In this document: one piece after another, positions 13,601-24,700 of the stretch
Layout of the letters: every line of letters begins with the position of its first letter
How positions within the stretch are numbered: position 1 is the stretch's first letter
DNA from: Azolla caroliniana
Lineage: Eukaryota; Plantae; Polypodiophyta
DNA: 64,000 bases
Direction of reading: 5' to 3'
Assembly (NCBI GenBank): GCA_043228905.1
Contig: JBHGNT010000004.1
Span: 6,944,001-7,008,000, forward strand
The notes under the pieces: generated by a model
Told to the model about the DNA's origin: nothing
Database searches by the model: none
What the model saw: the letters and a program-made list of their open reading frames with translations, nothing else
Made by a program: the position numbers and the translations under genes

Positions 13601-14683
13601 GCCACCTGCAAGGTTGAGCTCTACTGTGCCGATTCCAATGATGTCACAGTGTTGCGAGTTGCCGACTCGAACTGAGTCGGAGTGACGGATCGTATATTGC
13701 CGAAATTGGGATCTATGAGGAGTCACGTGAAATGACGCGCCCGAATCTAAGAGCCATGTGCTCGATTCTTCAGTCGTGAGCAGAACTTCTGATCCGACTG
13801 GATTTTCGATTGACAGTATATTCGGGTCGTTTGGTAGCACATCAGCTGAGAAGCTGACGTAATTGATCTCCTCATGCCGGCCACTCTTCTTGTCTGATTT
13901 CTGAGACTTGTCGTTCTTGTTCTTGAGTGCGCGGCAGTCGGCTTTGATGTGTCCGGGTTTCTTGCAATAGTTGCAGATTCGATTATCCCGTGACTGGCTC
14001 CGTCTTCGCTGATTGTTCGGCTGCCGTGAGGAATCTCTTCCTCGTATGTTCGATCGGTCTGTCGAACCTTGTACTACATAAGCGTCGTCTGTTGAGTCTT
14101 TGGCGAAAGACTTTCTCCGAGCTGCTTCGGTCAGGATTGCGCTCGTGACTTCGGAGTATTTAACAGCTGTGGTTGACGCGTTGCACACGGTTGTGACGAA
14201 AGTTTCCCATGATGAGGGAAGGCTACTCATGAGTATCATTGCTCTGAGTTCATCCTCGATTGCCGTCCCCTGAGATGAGATTTGGGAGCTTATGCTTTCG
14301 TACTCATTGAGATGTGCTTGAACCGAATCTGATTCTTTCATTCGCAAGTTGTAGAGGCGCCGGATCAGAAACATCTTCGTTGCAGCGACCTTCTTTTCGT
14401 AGGTGTCCGACAGTGTTTTCCACAATTCGAATGCTGTCGTACACGATTGCACCGTAAAGTATACCGATTCCGATAGGTGCATCCGAATCGTGGCGCGGAC
14501 GATTCTGTCCAGCTTCTGCCACTCAATTGGTTTGTATCCTTCTGGAGGTTCTTCATTTTCGATGGGATCGATTTGCCCCTTGACTATGAGATAGTCCTGC
14601 ATTTGCTCCTTCCAGAAATTGAAGTTCGATCCATCGAACTTTCGTAGACTCATTTCTGACGAGCCGGATGTTGATGCCATCAA
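10649..14683 (-). CDS. gag-pol: Intact Ty1/copia gag-pol polyprotein (Tnt1-like), 1344 aa
   Basis: One uninterrupted ORF: CNYCKKPGHIKADC knuckle, LLDSGAS protease, WHRRLGH/CEHC, integrase HSDVCG...TDNGGE...AERMN, RT KARLVAKG/DVKTAFL/YVDD, RNase H SDFAG...EAEY...ADGMTK. Confidence 0.97.
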   Translation of the reverse strand: MMASTSGSSEMSLRKFDGSNFNFWKEQMQDYLIVKGQIDPIENEEPPEGYKPIEWQKLDRIVRATIRMHLSESVYFTVQSCTTAFELWKTLSDTYEKKVAATKMFLIRRLYNLRMKESDSVQAHLNEYESISSQISSQGTAIEDELRAMILMSSLPSSWETFVTTVCNASTTAVKYSEVTSAILTEAARRKSFAKDSTDDAYVVQGSTDRSNIRGRDSSRQPNNQRRRSQSRDNRICNYCKKPGHIKADCRALKNKNDKSQKSDKKSGRHEEINYVSFSADVLPNDPNILSIENPVGSEVLLTTEESSTWLLDSGASFHVTPHRSQFRQYTIRHSDSVRVGNSQHCDIIGIGTVELNLAGGFTLVLHNVRHVPELSRPLISVGQLDEDGIRAGFSSGGWTLHRGNLLLARGPKIHSLYPLHVTLREGNLFLVDIPVSSLWHRRLGHLSKAGITHLSRAGYIPKLSFSDHQFCEHCQYGKQAAASHPTSAPRETRPLDLVHSDVCGPMPHQSLGGASYFVSFIDDSTRKVWAYPIRTKDRVFSIFSDWLAMVENQTDRKLKCFRTDNGGEFKSEEFVKFCRQRGIRREFTAPHSPEQNGIAERMNRTIQERIVSMLQHSGLSDGFWAEALLTAVHIINMSPSRPLGLQIPQELWIGSKPNYDKLRIFGCEAYALIPKDDPRKLAPRSRKCIFLGYGSDGEMGYRLWDPERRQIVRSSDVVFNEPAMNPSVEKPIEVRRVTFSDVPTLQEGPALNTRSASRVAEPYTTDSDNSDSAQQNNSLSDHPTSIPDATSPIIPRRSERLSQPPERYSPGIFFTDAGEPTSYEEASTSVDSATWHLAMESEMHSIRANKTWDLVELPRNRRALPCKWVYRLKETSDSTTPKYKARLVAKGFRQEYGVDFDEIFSPVVKMTTLRFLLGVVAADNLELIQLDVKTAFLHGDLEEEIYMEQPKGFVATGQEHLVCRLRKSLYGLKQAPRQWYKKFDDFIQSIGFSKSDEDHCLFTNTAHDGSPIFLIIYVDDMLISGRHAGELADLIRQLRLKFAMKDLGPARHILGMKISRHRDKRHLFLSQTDYIGRVLERFNMQSAKSTSTPLPMNLRLSQRDCPTSGPEGEDMKSVPYAPAVGSLMYLMVATRPDISHAVGVVSRFMHNPGRSHWNAVKHVFKYLAGTKDHGILFGPNSTSGVVGYTDSDFAGCIDSRKSTTGYCFKFGNGAISWKSKLQECTATSTTEAEYVAASDAAKEALWLGRLAHTFRQVDHDSAPVVYSDSQGVVALSRNPVHHNASKHIDVRYHFVRDCVISGKIGLEKISTTDNVADGMTKCLSADRFRSLRHQMGVTTNQSG

Positions 14684-15252
14684 ATTTGGTTTCGGTTGAC
14701 GAAGCTCGGTTCGGAGTTGACTACGAACCTTGTTGGAGTGCAGCCGGTTGGCTCACCTGATATCGTTCTAGTCGGATTTGAACCCGAGTCGGTTCGGCTT
14801 CGGATATATGTATTGTTGAACTTGCTCGAATTGACTCCGGTAACTTGAGGGACAGAACCGACTGGTCTTCCCGAATGTTGCCGAGTCGGAGTGAGCCCGG
14901 TTCGCTTCCGAATATATATGCCAAATACCGATTATTGAAACCGATTGTCTGGACCGATTCTGCTTCGGGTGACTGCAGCGACGAGAGAGACGGATCCAAC
15001 TGATCCTCCCGAATGTCGATCAGCCGGATGAAGCACGAATTGGGGTTGTTGTCTTGAGAACGATCTGCACCGAGTGGTTACAATGAGCGGCGAGCAGCGT
15101 TTGATGACCTCTTCGGATGCCGTTTAACCGAGTGGAGCACGATCGTGTCAATGTTGCACAAGGGGATTTCACCTCGAGCGGTTACGATCACAAGAAACAG
15201 AGTACAACCGGCTGGCTTACTCCAAGCGAAGATGATCTAACGCGATGACTAG

Positions 15253-15719
15253 TGTTACGGGCATGACCATATAATATCCCGTGGTGAGAATTGTCGTAGT
15301 ATTCTATACACGTGGATAAGTGTGAGGGTTAAACAAAGAGTCTAAAGAAGGGGAGGATTACTTTTAATCCTCGGGATTGAGACAACCCATGAGGCCAAGT
15401 GTGAACATGGCTGGGGGCCTTGAGAATTACTATAAATAAGAGGCCTAGCTACCCTCATTTGGGGGCATGCATTGACTACGTCGAGACTCTGTCCGTGAGT
15501 GGAACGACTCTTGTAGCAAGCGCGCTATCGTCCAGGTACGACTCGACGCCAAGGCGGTGGTATGGGACGCCGATCGAGGCTCGAGTCCGTCTCGATCCCT
15601 TCGCTCGGGGGTGGTCGGGTGGATCGGCACCCTTCTTTCTCTCTTTTCTCTCTATTCTTTCTAGATCTATCATTGATATATCCTTATTTTATGCTTACTT
15701 TAGTACCTAATCTCTAATA
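15253..15719 (+). repeat. 5' LTR (TG...TA)
   Basis: Direct repeat of 34025-34491; TATAAATA box near 15431. Confidence 0.97.
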
Positions 15720-15721
15720 TT

Positions 15722-15733
15722 TGGTATCAGAGC
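15722..15733 (+). promoter_or_regulatory. PBS for initiator tRNA-Met
   Basis: TGGTATCAGAGC, 2 nt after the LTR. Confidence 0.95.
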
Positions 15734-15743
15734 CTATGTACTA

Positions 15744-15769
15744 GGGTAGAAGCACGCTACGGTGTACCA
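15744..15769 (+). repeat. Left TIR
   Basis: Inverted match to 27901-27926; a subterminal TTTTGGCCA-AAAAATT block is also shared. Confidence 0.92.
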
Positions 15770-16252
15770 GAAAAGTACTGTTTTTGGCCACAAAAATTGT
15801 CAGTACTTTTAGTACTGTTAGTATGAATAATTCAAAAAAAAAAATCAGAGAAAAAGAAAATCGATTTTGGAGAGTGGGGTGACTGTAGTACAAGTGTCAT
15901 TTATTGTAGAAGGAGTGGGGGGAACAGGTGAGGAGATGTTCATTCCATTTTGGGGGCTATTTTCCCCTCACGTTGATTTTGGCGCTTCCCCTCACGTCGT
16001 TTTGGCGGTTCCCCTCATACTCCTCTTCCTCTATCCCTCTGAGCTTTTCATCACAGATCCATGTTCAGTTTCTGATTTCCTCCAATCTAAATCTCAGACA
16101 TCCATGTCTGTTTTGAGCGTTTAAGTTGAGGATTTCTGATTTTTTTAGGGTTTCTGTTTTTGTTAGGGTTTAGGTCGAGGTACAGAGACTGTTGGTAGCA
16201 GCCAATAGTGACTTCTTCGACAACGACTTTCTTACATCCATCCATTGAAGTT

Positions 16253-16848
16253 GGTGTCGTGGTGATTTGTGGCTTTTTCCACCAAATCGAGGCGGCATTG
16301 GAGGTTCCTTCCGCCAAATCGAGGCGGCATATCCAACGCTCCGTCCACCATTGGAGGTTCCTTCCACCAAATCGAGGCGGCATATCCAACGCCCCCTCCA
16401 TCCATTCGAGGTTCCTTCCATCCGTTTTTTTTATTTTCAGTACTAAAATGTTACATTTCTTCATATTTCAGTACAAAAATTTTAGAACTGACAATTGTCA
16501 TATTTGATATGTAATTCTAATGTTTGAAACGAAATATCTTTCACTTTGCAGGCCACATTTAAAAACATTTGATTTGGTGTCGTGGTGATTTGTGGCTTTT
16601 TCCACCAAATCGAGGCGGCATTGGAGGTTCCTTCCACCAAATCGAGGCGGCATATCCAACGCTCCGTCCACCATTGGAGGTTCCTTTCACCAAACCGTTT
16701 TTTTTATTTTCAGTACTAAAATGTTACATTTCTTCATATTTCAGTACAAAAATTTTAGAACTGACAATTGTCATATTTGATATGTAATTCTAATGTTTGA
16801 AACGAAATATCTTTCACTTTGCAGGCCACATTTAAAAACATTTGATTG
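16253..16848 (+). repeat. Tandem duplication (~270-320 bp) with internal CCAAATCGAGGCGGCAT sub-repeats, upstream of the transposase
   Basis: 16253-16574 is repeated at 16576-16848 with one sub-repeat fewer. Confidence 0.9.
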
Positions 16849-16926
16849 TGTTTTCTTGGTTGAGTCTATATAACATTAACTACTTTTGCAAGCCACTTAA
16901 TTTTTGCGGATAAATCTAGTGACCGA

Positions 16927-19900
16927 ATGGGGGTTCCTAACGAGAGTGAGTTGTCAAGTAACTCATGCATATCTGAAAGGACTAAGAGACGAGTGGTTCT
17001 TCACATAGTCCGTTATTTGGTAGAAATAACAAAGAGATTTAGTGAAGAGGATCGTAGGGATATTATCTGTAGAGTGTTACACCATCAAAGTTTGAATGAA
17101 GACATGGAGAGAATAAAATTTAGGGACCAATGTGTTTCAGAAGAGATTGTAGAGTCTATGAAGTCATCCCTAGACTTAGTGAAAGGTGTAGAGAGCTTAG
17201 ACAAACTTGCTGCAAAGAGGGCAGCCCTACACATGGTTGTGAACGGTGCGAGAGGAAAAAAATATAGTGATACTAAAGTTGCCTTAGCCCTGGGTATTCA
17301 AAGAAGGAACTTGAGGAAACATCGCCAAAATATACACTCAAACAAATTCAAGTGGATGGGGTTGGGACGTAGACGACGATGTGATGCCTTATCTCAAGAG
17401 ATTATTGAGAAAGTGGATTCATTTTGGGCCAAAAATACGCGTGTCTCACCAAATAAGAAGGACGTGTGTAGACAACGAATAAGTCAGGGTAAGTACCAGA
17501 TTCACCCTAGACACTTCTTGGAGATGACAGAGGTATTCCATTTTTTTATATCATTTCACATTCCATAACTTTGTGTTTTGACCAACTGTATATTAATGTT
17601 TGCTATATATATTGGTTGATGTAGGCTGAATTGTACATGAACTTTAAAGATCAACATCCAAGCTTGACTGTTGGATTCCGCAAGTTCCAAGGTTTGAAAC
17701 CATTTTATGTTAGAAAATTAAATGAGAGGAATACATGTTGTTGTGTGTACCATGTGAAGATGGACATGTTAAGGCTAGCCGTGAATGCAATGCGTACTGA
17801 TTGTAAGGGTATACACGGGGAATTATGTGTCTGCACTTGTGAGATATGTAGACCAAATGGGGAGGATAATAGGTGTAATGCACGAAACATGACTTATGCA
17901 TCTGTTTCTGAGCTATGGAGGTCTTGTGTTTGTGAAAAAGAACCATCATGTGAGTGGCATCGTCGTACATGTCTATTAAGAACATGTAAGGTTTGTCCGC
18001 TACCATTATTTTGTATGCAGGAGCTTGATTTGGGAAACAGTCATATCGTGAAATGGAAATATTTAGAGTATGTGACTGAAAATATTGGCAAGGGAGTTGT
18101 AACTAAGCGTATCAAGGAAGTATATAAGGAGACATGTGCTGCTACCCTTGTCTCAGAATTTAAGAAACAACTTGGGGAGTTCATTCCACATAACTTCCGG
18201 AGTTATTGGCAAAATTCACAATTCAAGGAATGTATTAATAACTTACCAACGGGTGTCATCGTATCTGTTATTGACTTTGCAGAAAACTATACATTTAAAG
18301 TTCAGAATGAGGTTCAATCAATGCATTGGTACAATGATCAATGTACAATACTTGTGCATATTTGCTATTGGAGGCAAGACGGTGAGTTACATAAGAAATC
18401 AATATTTTACATTTCAGATGATAAAAAGCATGATACACTATTTGTTCAACATTGTTTTAAGCTTCACCATGCAGATTTATTTTCTCTAGGGGTAACCTTT
18501 AACCGTCATTGGGTTTGGTCTGATGGTGCTGCCTCGCAGTTTAAGGCGGCACGATCGTTCTACTTTATCGCCAGGTAATTTTTAATCCATATGTTTAGTA
18601 CTTACCATGCAATGTGTAAGGAAGTAATTCTTGTGTTAGTGCATGCATACTAATTATGTTTGTAATTATTAACAAACAGTACTATTCACATGGATGCATA
18701 CTAATTATGTTTGTAACTATTCGAATCTTGCACTTGTGAATGGATGCATGCATACTAATTTTGTTTGTACTATGTTTTAATCCATGTGAAGGGTTCTCCA
18801 TAGACACATTGTACTATGTTGTGTGTTGTATCTGTACTATGTTGTGTTTACAGGAGGATGTAAAGTACTCATCTTGTACTCATAGTATTGTCCGTCCTTA
18901 AGAGCATTGTACTAAGTATGTTTTAATCCATGTGAAGGGTTCTCCATAGACACATTGTACTATGTTGTGTGTTGTATCTGTACTATGTTGTGTTTACAGG
19001 AGGATGTAAAGTACTCATCTTGTACTCATAGTATTGTCCGTCCTTAAGAGCATTGTACTAAGTATGTTTTAATCCATGTGAAGGGTTCTCCATAGACACA
19101 TTGTACTATGTTGTGTGTTGTATCTGTACTATGTTGTGTTTACAGGAGGATGTAAAGTACTCATCTTGTACTCATAGTATTGTCCGTCCTTAAGAGCATT
19201 GTACTAAGTATGTTTTAATCCATGTGAAGGGTTCTCCATAGACACATTGTACTATACAAGAGGATGTAAAGTACTCATCTTCTACTCATAGTATAAACCA
19301 TACTAAGTTAGTACTAAGTTATATCCATACTAAGTATCGATTAATCAATGTGAAGGGTTCTCCATAGACACATTGTAGTATGTTGTGTGTTGGTTCTGTA
19401 CTATGTTGTGTTTACAAAAGGATGTAAAGTACTCATCTTGTACTTATAGTATTGTCCGTCCTTAAGAGAATTGTACTAATTATGTTTTAATCCATGTGAA
19501 GGGTTCTCCATAGACACATTGTACTATACAAGAGGATGTTAAGTACTCATCTTGTACTCATAGTATAAACCAGACTAAGTTAGTACTAAGAATTGTACTA
19601 AGTATCGACTAATCAATGTGAAGGGTTCTCCATAGACACATTGTACTATGTTGTGTGTTGCTTCTGTACTATGTTGTGTTTACAAAAGGATGTAAAGTAC
19701 TCATCTTGTACTTATAGTATTGTCCGTCCTTAAGAGAATTGTACTAATTATGTTTTAATCCATGTGAAGGGTTCTCCATAGACACATTGTACTATACAAG
19801 GGGATGTAAAGTACTCATCTTGTACTCATAGTATAAACCAGACTAAGTTAGTACTAAGTTATATCCATACTAAGTTAGTATTAAATGGATGCCAGTATTA

Positions 19901-20855
19901 ATGGAAGTGTAGTACTCTCTATTGACAACATAGTACTAATTTTGTTGGAAACCTGAGTTACAAAAGCAGGTATTTCTCCTTATTCAACATTCGTATGCAA
20001 TGGAATTACTTCGGGTCTGGACATGGAAAAGGAGAGCATGATGGCGCGGGGGCTGTGATCAAACGTGCCCTTACAAGTGAGCAGTTGGATAATAATGGTG
20101 CTAAGCTACAAAATGCACATGATGTTGTGCAGTGGCTAACATGGAAGATGTCAAATGATGGTAAGAACAGATTGTTTGTTGAAGTTCGCGCTGATGAGGT
20201 CGATAGAACTAAATCATATGGTTGTAAAACCGTGAAAGGCACACGCAGCACCCATTGTGTGTTAGGGTTTAGCCGCAAGGACACAACACAATTGTTACTA
20301 CGTAGTTTATCATGCTTTTGTTCCATGTGTATAGATGAAGCTTGGGATAAATGCATCAACCTATCAATCGTGGAGCCCTGGAAGTTGCAGAAGCTTGAGC
20401 CTGAACGACAAGATGATATTGAAGATGATGTGCATTCAAACGATATTGTATACTACAACCAAAATCAAGACTTGGCAGTTTTATTGGAAGTTGGAGATCA
20501 TTTTGCAGTGCTCAAATCTCCTCAGAATGAAGATTTAGAAGACTACTACATTGTGGTGTGCAAGCAAGGAAAGACATTATTGAAAGAAGTGGTGAGGGAT
20601 GGCTGGGGCAACAATTTCAACGTTGGTGAGTCTGTCGTGTATGGAAACTATTATGCAAAGTTGCCGCAGTGCAAGAACACATATGCATTACTAAAAGAAG
20701 CACCCATCGCAATAATCTACGCTGATGCCATTCTTGCGATCAAATTCAATATGACTCAAGCAAAGCACAAGGTTAAGGGATACAACACTGTCTACAAGGT
20801 CCCCCAAGAGGTTCATGAGCACATATTAGGGGAGGTCTCTCTATTTAATGCTTGA
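16927..20855 (+). CDS. Sola-family DDD transposase, 3 exons (16927-17532, 17625-18574, 19970-20855), ~813 aa
   Basis: GT-AG introns 17533-17624 (phase 0) and 18575-19969 (phase 2) join three ORFs in frame (2442 nt). Motifs RNTCCCVYH, VIDFAENY, WSDGAASQFK, GHGKGEHDGAG, LSCFCSMC. Confidence 0.9.
18765..19880. repeat. Tandem array of 146-bp and 122-126-bp units (8 copies) inside transposase intron 2
   Basis: TC(C/A)ATGTGAAGGGTTCTCCATAGACACATTG recurs at 18781, 18927, 19073, 19219, 19345, 19491, 19613 and 19759. Confidence 0.95.
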
Positions 20856-21775
20856 AAGTCACCCTCTCAATACATTGTACCCTCTCAATACTTGGAGTTC
20901 ACTATTAATTTTGATGATTGACAAATGAATTGATATATTTCATCTTTCTTCTAAAGTGTTTATGCCTGTCAACCACTTGTACTTATCTTTCATAATATAT
21001 TAGTTGTTGTCAACAAGACTTGGATTTCTTCATTGCCGATATTGCTCATGTTTCCTGATGTTATTTGAGCATAGAAGTTTTGCAGAGCCATGGTAAAATG
21101 AGTAAAAATATTGTATATCTTCTTGATAAAGTCTAGATTCATTGCCGTTGGTGTGTCCTCTGTAGGCACATAAATCTGTAAGTTGAATTCAAATTATGAC
21201 TTTAATATTGTAAGATTTTATACTGTAAGTTCATTCTTCAAGAAGCAAATGTGCAATGAAGCCTCAAATTCCTTAACAAAATAATCCAACTCCTGAAACA
21301 ATAATTTGTGATAGCTCAAAAAGGGGAGTGTTTCCTTACTACTGTTAGTGGATAGTTCATCCATTGGGATGATATCATCAAAATATGGCCCACATTGCTT
21401 CAACAATTTGCACAAATTCTGGTTACCCTCCAAATGGGATTGATGAAACAGTCTATACTTCAATAACACCCGATATTTTCTGTTTATCATCATTAACACC
21501 TGAAAACCTAAATTTTCCTAGCAAGCTAAGAAGAATTTCAAGCATTTTATCTACAACAGACTCAAAGACTTGGCAACTCATCAGGAGATGATCTCAAAAA
21601 AGAAACAAAACGTTGTAAAAAGAGGAATACTTAGATCAAAAAGTATATTCCCATTGTTTCTACAAAATACAGAAGTGGAATTTTGACATTGGCAATTGAA
21701 ACAGTATTTTGGTATCCAAATAGAGGTATTTCAGACATCACTAACAGGTAAAGTTCAAGTACAATCGGAAGAAAA

Positions 21776-24700
21776 TCAGGCACTAGAGGGTAACTTGGCC
21801 GATCTTGTAATGCGCTTGTTGTTGGTGCCAGATTTTACATTCTTCTTTATCTTAAAGCCTTTAGGTATGAGCTGACTAAGTGGCACTTCATCATCAGAGG
21901 CATCAGAGATAGGCGTGGATGCGCGGGCACCTTGTACTGGTGGCAAGCTTGAGAGAGCAACTGTGTTTTCTGCAACTGCAATGCTTGTACACAAATCCAC
22001 AAAGGTGCTGTCGATAGTCAAATTATCACTCATCTTTATTCCCCTATCATCATCAATGATGCCTGTACACTCGTTCTTATTAGACTCCTGTATGTGGACT
22101 ATGGCAGTAGTCATGGTCAACTCCTCTTGTACGGTGGCTGTCAACTCATTCTTAAGACTACGTGTACAATCAGGCTTATCTGTACAATCAGGCTCCTCAT
22201 GTGATTCTGTACAATCAGGCTTATCTTCAGGGAAAGCGATGTTCTTTCCACGATCCATTTGGGCATTCTCAGTACAATCAAGCTCCTCTTCATTACTAGC
22301 AATGTTCTTTCCATACTCCTCATCAGAATCTTTAGACAGTACTAGCACATTATCAGTAGACACTACTAACACATTATCAGTACAATCAGTCTGCTCTTCA
22401 GTACTTGCCATATTCTTTCCACACTCTTCATGGGCTTCAGTCTTCTCTTCAGTACTTGCCATATTCTTTCCACACTCTTCATGAGCTTCAATCTTCTTTT
22501 CAGTACTTGCCATATTCTTTCCAGAGTCTTCATAGGCTTCAATCTTCTCTTCAGTACTTGCCATATTCTTTCCAGACTCTTCATGGGCTTCAATCTTCTC
22601 TTCAGTACTTGCCATATTCTTTCCACACTCCTCATGGGCTTCTTTAGACATACTGTTGTTTGGACATGCCAGCTGCTCTTCACATATGAATGCTTCGTTT
22701 TTCTCACAATCCTCATGTGTGGAAGATGTGCTTCCAGAATCTGCCTCCGTGGAAAGGTTAATCCCAGAATCTGACTCTGCACTTGTGCTCCATGAAGTTC
22801 CCGATTCAGGCTGCTCTTGTAAACCTAATTAATGGGATTCCAAACAATATTAGTATCAACTCACATACTCAAAAGTTTGCAAACAATGAACATAGGGTTT
22901 TGGGCCACATTTTTACCTAATGTTACATGGTCATACTGTACAGCCGTAGATACCCCATTGCAAGTGGTGGGCTCGGTCATCTTCTCCACAACATCTAGGT
23001 GCTCAACAGTGTTGCTATGATCTATAGAATGCACCAAAAGCAACAATATAATAGGGTTGTTATGAGCTAAATCATTGTTTTCAAAGTCTGGCTTTTGACG
23101 TTTACCTGGGAGTGTGATAAATTCGTCTTCACGATCAGGTTTTGAACTCGTATCTCCGTCACCAAATATCATTTCGTCATCAGCTAGCAACACAAGTACA
23201 TGGTATTAGACAATGGATTAGGTTGACAACGCTCCTGACAGGTGAGAACTTATATGACTCACCATTGCATTCAACTTTCCTTTTCTTGCCGTTTCCATAC
23301 AACATTCTTGCAGCATTTCTCTTCTTACTGGGCTCTATTTCTAAAGACACATCATTTCTCTTCTTAGTGGGCTCTATTTCAAATTGTTGACCGGAGCTTG
23401 GGGAATTTGTTTGTAGAAGCATATGTTCCACTGCTCCAATGGCCCTTCTCATACATTCATCCTCATCATAAAAATCATAGGTTATTGGTAATGATGGTCC
23501 CTGAACCTTGGAATGTGCGGCAGATATTGAGGGTTTAGGCACAGGGGCTGGTAGTTCCATGACCTTCCCTGGCGTGGAGTTGCTTGACACTACGACATTC
23601 ATTGCAAGAAACAAAAAAACGTTGAACGTTAGTACCATCATCTAAAATATACAATGTAGGTCACAATGTACTCCTCACATAGTTCCTAATTTACTGAACT
23701 AGTACTAATAAGGAACAATGTACTGCTCACTTAGTTCCCAATTTACACAAGTAGTACTAATCATGCACAATATACACAAGTAGTACTAATCATGTAGAAT
23801 ATACTACTCACTTAGTTACCATGTTACACAAGGAGTACTAATCCCGAACAATGTACCACTGTACTAATCATGAACAATGTACTACTCACTTGTTTCCTAA
23901 ATTAGTGGACTAGTACTTATAAGGAACAATGTACTGCTCACTTAGTTCGCAAATTACACAAATAGTACTAATCATGCACAATATACACAAGTAGTACTAA
24001 TCATGCACAAGTACTAATCCCGAAAAATGCACCACTGACTTTGTCAAATTTATAAGTAGTACTAATCTTGAACAATGTACTACTCACTTATTTCCTAAAT
24101 CACTGAACTAGTACTAATCCCGAACAATGTACTGCTCACTTAGTTCCCAAATTACACAAATAGTACTAATCATGCACAATATACTACTCACTTAGTTACC
24201 AATTTACACAAATAAGGTACAAATCTAGTACTAATAGGGAACAAAGTACTACTCAGTTCCCAAATTACAAAACTAGTACTAATCATGAGCAATGTACTAC
24301 TCACTTAGTTACAAAACTATTACTAATCATGAGCAATGTACTAGAAACTTAGTTCACAAAGTACAAAACTAGTACTAATCATGAACAATGTAGTAATTAC
24401 TAAGTACTAATCCAACAAATGTAGATTGGTATTTTGCACACAAGTAATACTAAACGTGATATGTGTTCTACACACCTAGTTACATAACTTGTACTAATTA
24501 CACCAACAGTATTGAACTTGAACAGTATTAGTACTAAACGTGATATGTGTTTCACACACCTCATTTCCAAATTACAGAAACTGTACTATTATTCAGCAAT
24601 TTAAGTGACACCTTGTTCCCAAATTACATTACTAGTACTAATTTCCAAGTTACACAAACAATACTAACAGTCAACAGTGTACTATAAGTATAGTGTTTAC

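Noticed and set aside
18765-19880. CRISPR-like regular repeat array
   Set aside because: Units are contiguous tandem copies without unique spacers, lie inside a spliceosomal intron, and there are no cas genes.
20960-23641. Ulp1/SUMO protease domain, common in TIR-element accessory genes
   Set aside because: No H-W...D...Q-x4-DCG motif visible.
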